From NCBI RefSeq assembly GCF_009914755.1, contig NC_060948.1: a stretch of DNA of 64,000 nt; one strand, given 5' to 3'. Source of the DNA: the human T2T-CHM13v2.0 reference genome, Homo sapiens. The position numbers and the translations under genes were made by a program. This document shows, one piece after another, positions 60,434 through 64,000 of the stretch (its first letter is position 1; each line of letters opens with the position of its first letter). The notes under the pieces were generated by a model. That model did not search any database. It was not told the DNA's origin and saw nothing but the letters and a program-made list of their open reading frames with translations.

Positions 60434-62561
60434 AGATCCATATTTTTTAAATGAAAAAAAATTTCAAAGGTACTCTGCTTGGTACAATAATCAAATGTAT
60501 AAACTGAGGAATAAAACATAACCATGAAACCTACTTATAACTGCATATGGAAAATACAGAGGATAATTTTTTAAATAACATATTTTGAAAGCCTTAACTA
60601 GTAATTTGAAGAGTTGGCATTTGTAAGGCCAGTATGAATATACCTTCAATGCAGCAACACATGTTCCCCATGAGAAAAAGCAAACTCAGGGAAAATAAAA
60701 CCACAAAGGTTCAATCTCTTCTGACCTTTGAAAGACACAGCACAGACAGTGGTCCTTAGGACGAAGAGCAGGAGACCCCTAATTCCGTCACCATGGCGAT
60801 AGGGCATAAACATTGCTGGGTGAGGGCACAATCCACATTGTGAGGTCCAACTGCTGCCAGGAAGACAGGAGTGCTTTTACATAGACCGAAAGGTCATTGA
60901 AGGCTCAGAGTTTTGTTTCAAGAACTGAATCCCAAGCCCACACGTTATTAGGCTGCGCTTCTTAAAACAAGTTATGAGATGGGAAAAAGGGCACCCACAA
61001 ACATACGTATACATTATGTATATAATAATATACAGTATCATATATAAAATATGTATAACCTATGTATAATATTGTTTTACATCCTGCATCTTATATTATA
61101 TATATTGTATAAAATATAATAATTGATAATATATAAGTTTTATATTTATACAATATTACATATAGTATATATTATACTTTATGACATATATAATATATGT
61201 TATATATCATATATAGAATATATTATACGGTTAATATACGTATTAAATATAAATTATACATTATATATATTATATAAAATATATCTGTTATATATAATAC
61301 CCATTATGCATAATATATATATTATGTCTATGTTATATATAGTATAAAACAACATATAATAATATATAATTGTATATATAAAATGCGACATATAATATAT
61401 ATTATATTTTATGACATATGTAATATATATTATATATTATATATAATACGTTGTATGTATAATACCTATGTTAAATATATATTATATGACTATGTTATTA
61501 ATTACATGTCACATATGTTATATATTATATATTTTACATAGAATATACCGGTTACATACAATATATACTATGTTACCTATAATGTATAATTGATTACATG
61601 TAAAATAAAGAATGCAATATATTATGTATAATTTATAATATACAATATGTGGAATGTGATATATATAACATATAATATATGATATATGATATACAGTATA
61701 TGATATATAACATACAATATATGATACCTAATATATATGGTATACAATATATATTTTAAGATATGTATTCTATATGTTTTATATTCTGTTATATATAACT
61801 ATTTGAAATTATATAGAACTGTATAATATTTTATGTAAATATGTAATATAATATATATAACTATATAATATATTATATATAACTATATATTATGTTATAT
61901 ATACTTTTATAACATAATTTACATAAAATGTCATAATATAATATATATTATATTATTTCACATTACATAATATATATTACATATCACCCAATATAAGTAA
62001 CATACATAATATTATAATATAGATTATATTATGTTATATTAAATATCATATATATCATGTATCATATATTCTATAATATATATTACACATTATATAATAT
62101 GTATGTTGTCTATTTTGTGATATATAAAACTATATATATAATTATATTATTATACATATAACTAGATAAACATGTAATTCTACATATTTTCATTTGTAAT
62201 ATATAGAATTATATAATCATATATAATTATTTATATTCTATAAAAAATTATATCATTATATAAATTATAATATAAAAAAATTATAATATGTACTACAAAT
62301 ATACATATTATATATCATATATGATATAGTACCTTTGTTATATATCATAATACATATAAATGTGTATTATGTTATCTATAATTATATAATTTCATATATA
62401 AGATGTATAATATGTATTATATATTGTCTATGTTATGTAATATATATAGTATATGTAAGCTGACACAGAATAAATATTATATACTACGACATATAAAATA
62501 TATGAGGTTATATGTTACATATAAGGCATAGCACATAACATGTAATATATATCATATATAA

Positions 62562-62853
<292 letters not shown>

Positions 62854-64000
62854 AGATCCATATTTTTTAAATGAAAAAAAATTTCAAAGGTACTCTGCTT
62901 GGTACAATAATCAAATGTATAAACTGAGGAATAAAACATAACCATGAAACCTACTTATAACTGCATATGGAAAATACAGAGGATAATTTTTTAAATAACA
63001 TATTTTGAAAGCCTTAACTAGTAATTTGAAGAGTTGGCATTTGAAAGGCCAGTATGAATATACCTTCAAAGCAGCAACACAGGTTCCCCATGAGAAAAAG
63101 CAAACTCAGGGAAAATAAAACCACAAAGGTTCAATCTCTTCTGACCTTTGAAAGACACAGCACAGACAGTGGTCCTTAGGACGAAGAGCAGGAGACCCCT
63201 AATTCCGTCACCATGGCGATAGGGCATAAACATTGCTGGGTGAGGGCACAATCCACATTGAGAGGTCCAACTGCTGCCAGGAAGACGGGAGTGCTTTTAC
63301 ATAGACCGAAATGTCATTGAAGGCTCAGAGTTTTGTTTCAAGAACTGAATCCCAAGCCCACACGTTAGTAGGCTGCGCTTCTTAAAACAAGTTATTAGAT
63401 GGGAAAAAGGGCACCCACAAACATACGTATACATTATGTATATAATAATATACAGTATCATATATATAATATATATAACCTATGTATAATATTGTTTTAC
63501 ATCCTGCATCTTATATTATATATATTGTATAAAATATAAAATTCATAATACATAACGTTTATATTTATAAAATATGACATATAGTATATATTATAATTTA
63601 TGACATATATAATATATGTTATATATCATATATAGAATATATTATACGGTTAATATACATATTAAATATAAATTATACATTATATATATTATATAAAATA
63701 TATCTGTTATATATAATACCCTTTATGCATAATATATATATTATGTCTATGTTATATATAGTATAAAACAACATATAATAATATATAATTGTATATATAA
63801 AATGCGACATATAATATATATTATATTTTATGACATATGTAATATATATTATATATTATATATAATACGTTGTATGTATAATACCTATATTAAATATATA
63901 TTATATGACTATGTTATTAATTACATGTCACATATGTTATATATTATATATTTTACATAGAATATACCGGTTACATACAATATATACTATGTTACCTATA

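Overview
The whole window is one head-to-tail tandem array of a ~2.42 kb unit: 26 complete copies (2413-2422 bp) plus 1130 bp of a 27th, all in one orientation. Each unit has a ~570 bp higher-GC segment (HSATI-like), a ~1.56 kb very AT-rich degenerate (TA)-like segment, and a diverged minus-strand Alu with a fixed internal duplication. This architecture and a predicted 2146 bp HaeIII fragment identify the human DYZ2/HSat1B satellite, most likely from Yq12 heterochromatin; acrocentric HSat1B cannot be excluded from the sequence alone. There are no credible protein-coding or RNA genes, and I found no new gene system. The informative signal is the variant pattern between units: two interleaved subfamilies, three single-unit tandem duplications, a recent multi-unit duplication differing by a 4-unit indel, a recurring three-unit order, chimeric units and local substitution clusters. 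All comparisons were made by eye. Unit starts (ATG(A)nTTTC): U1 1, U2 2421, U3 4841, U4 7259, U5 9678, U6 12099, U7 14512, U8 16929, U9 19346, U10 21761, U11 24178, U12 26595, U13 29015, U14 31434, U15 33849, U16 36266, U17 38686, U18 41102, U19 43522, U20 45939, U21 48356, U22 50776, U23 53195, U24 55617, U25 58034, U26 60451, U27 62871.
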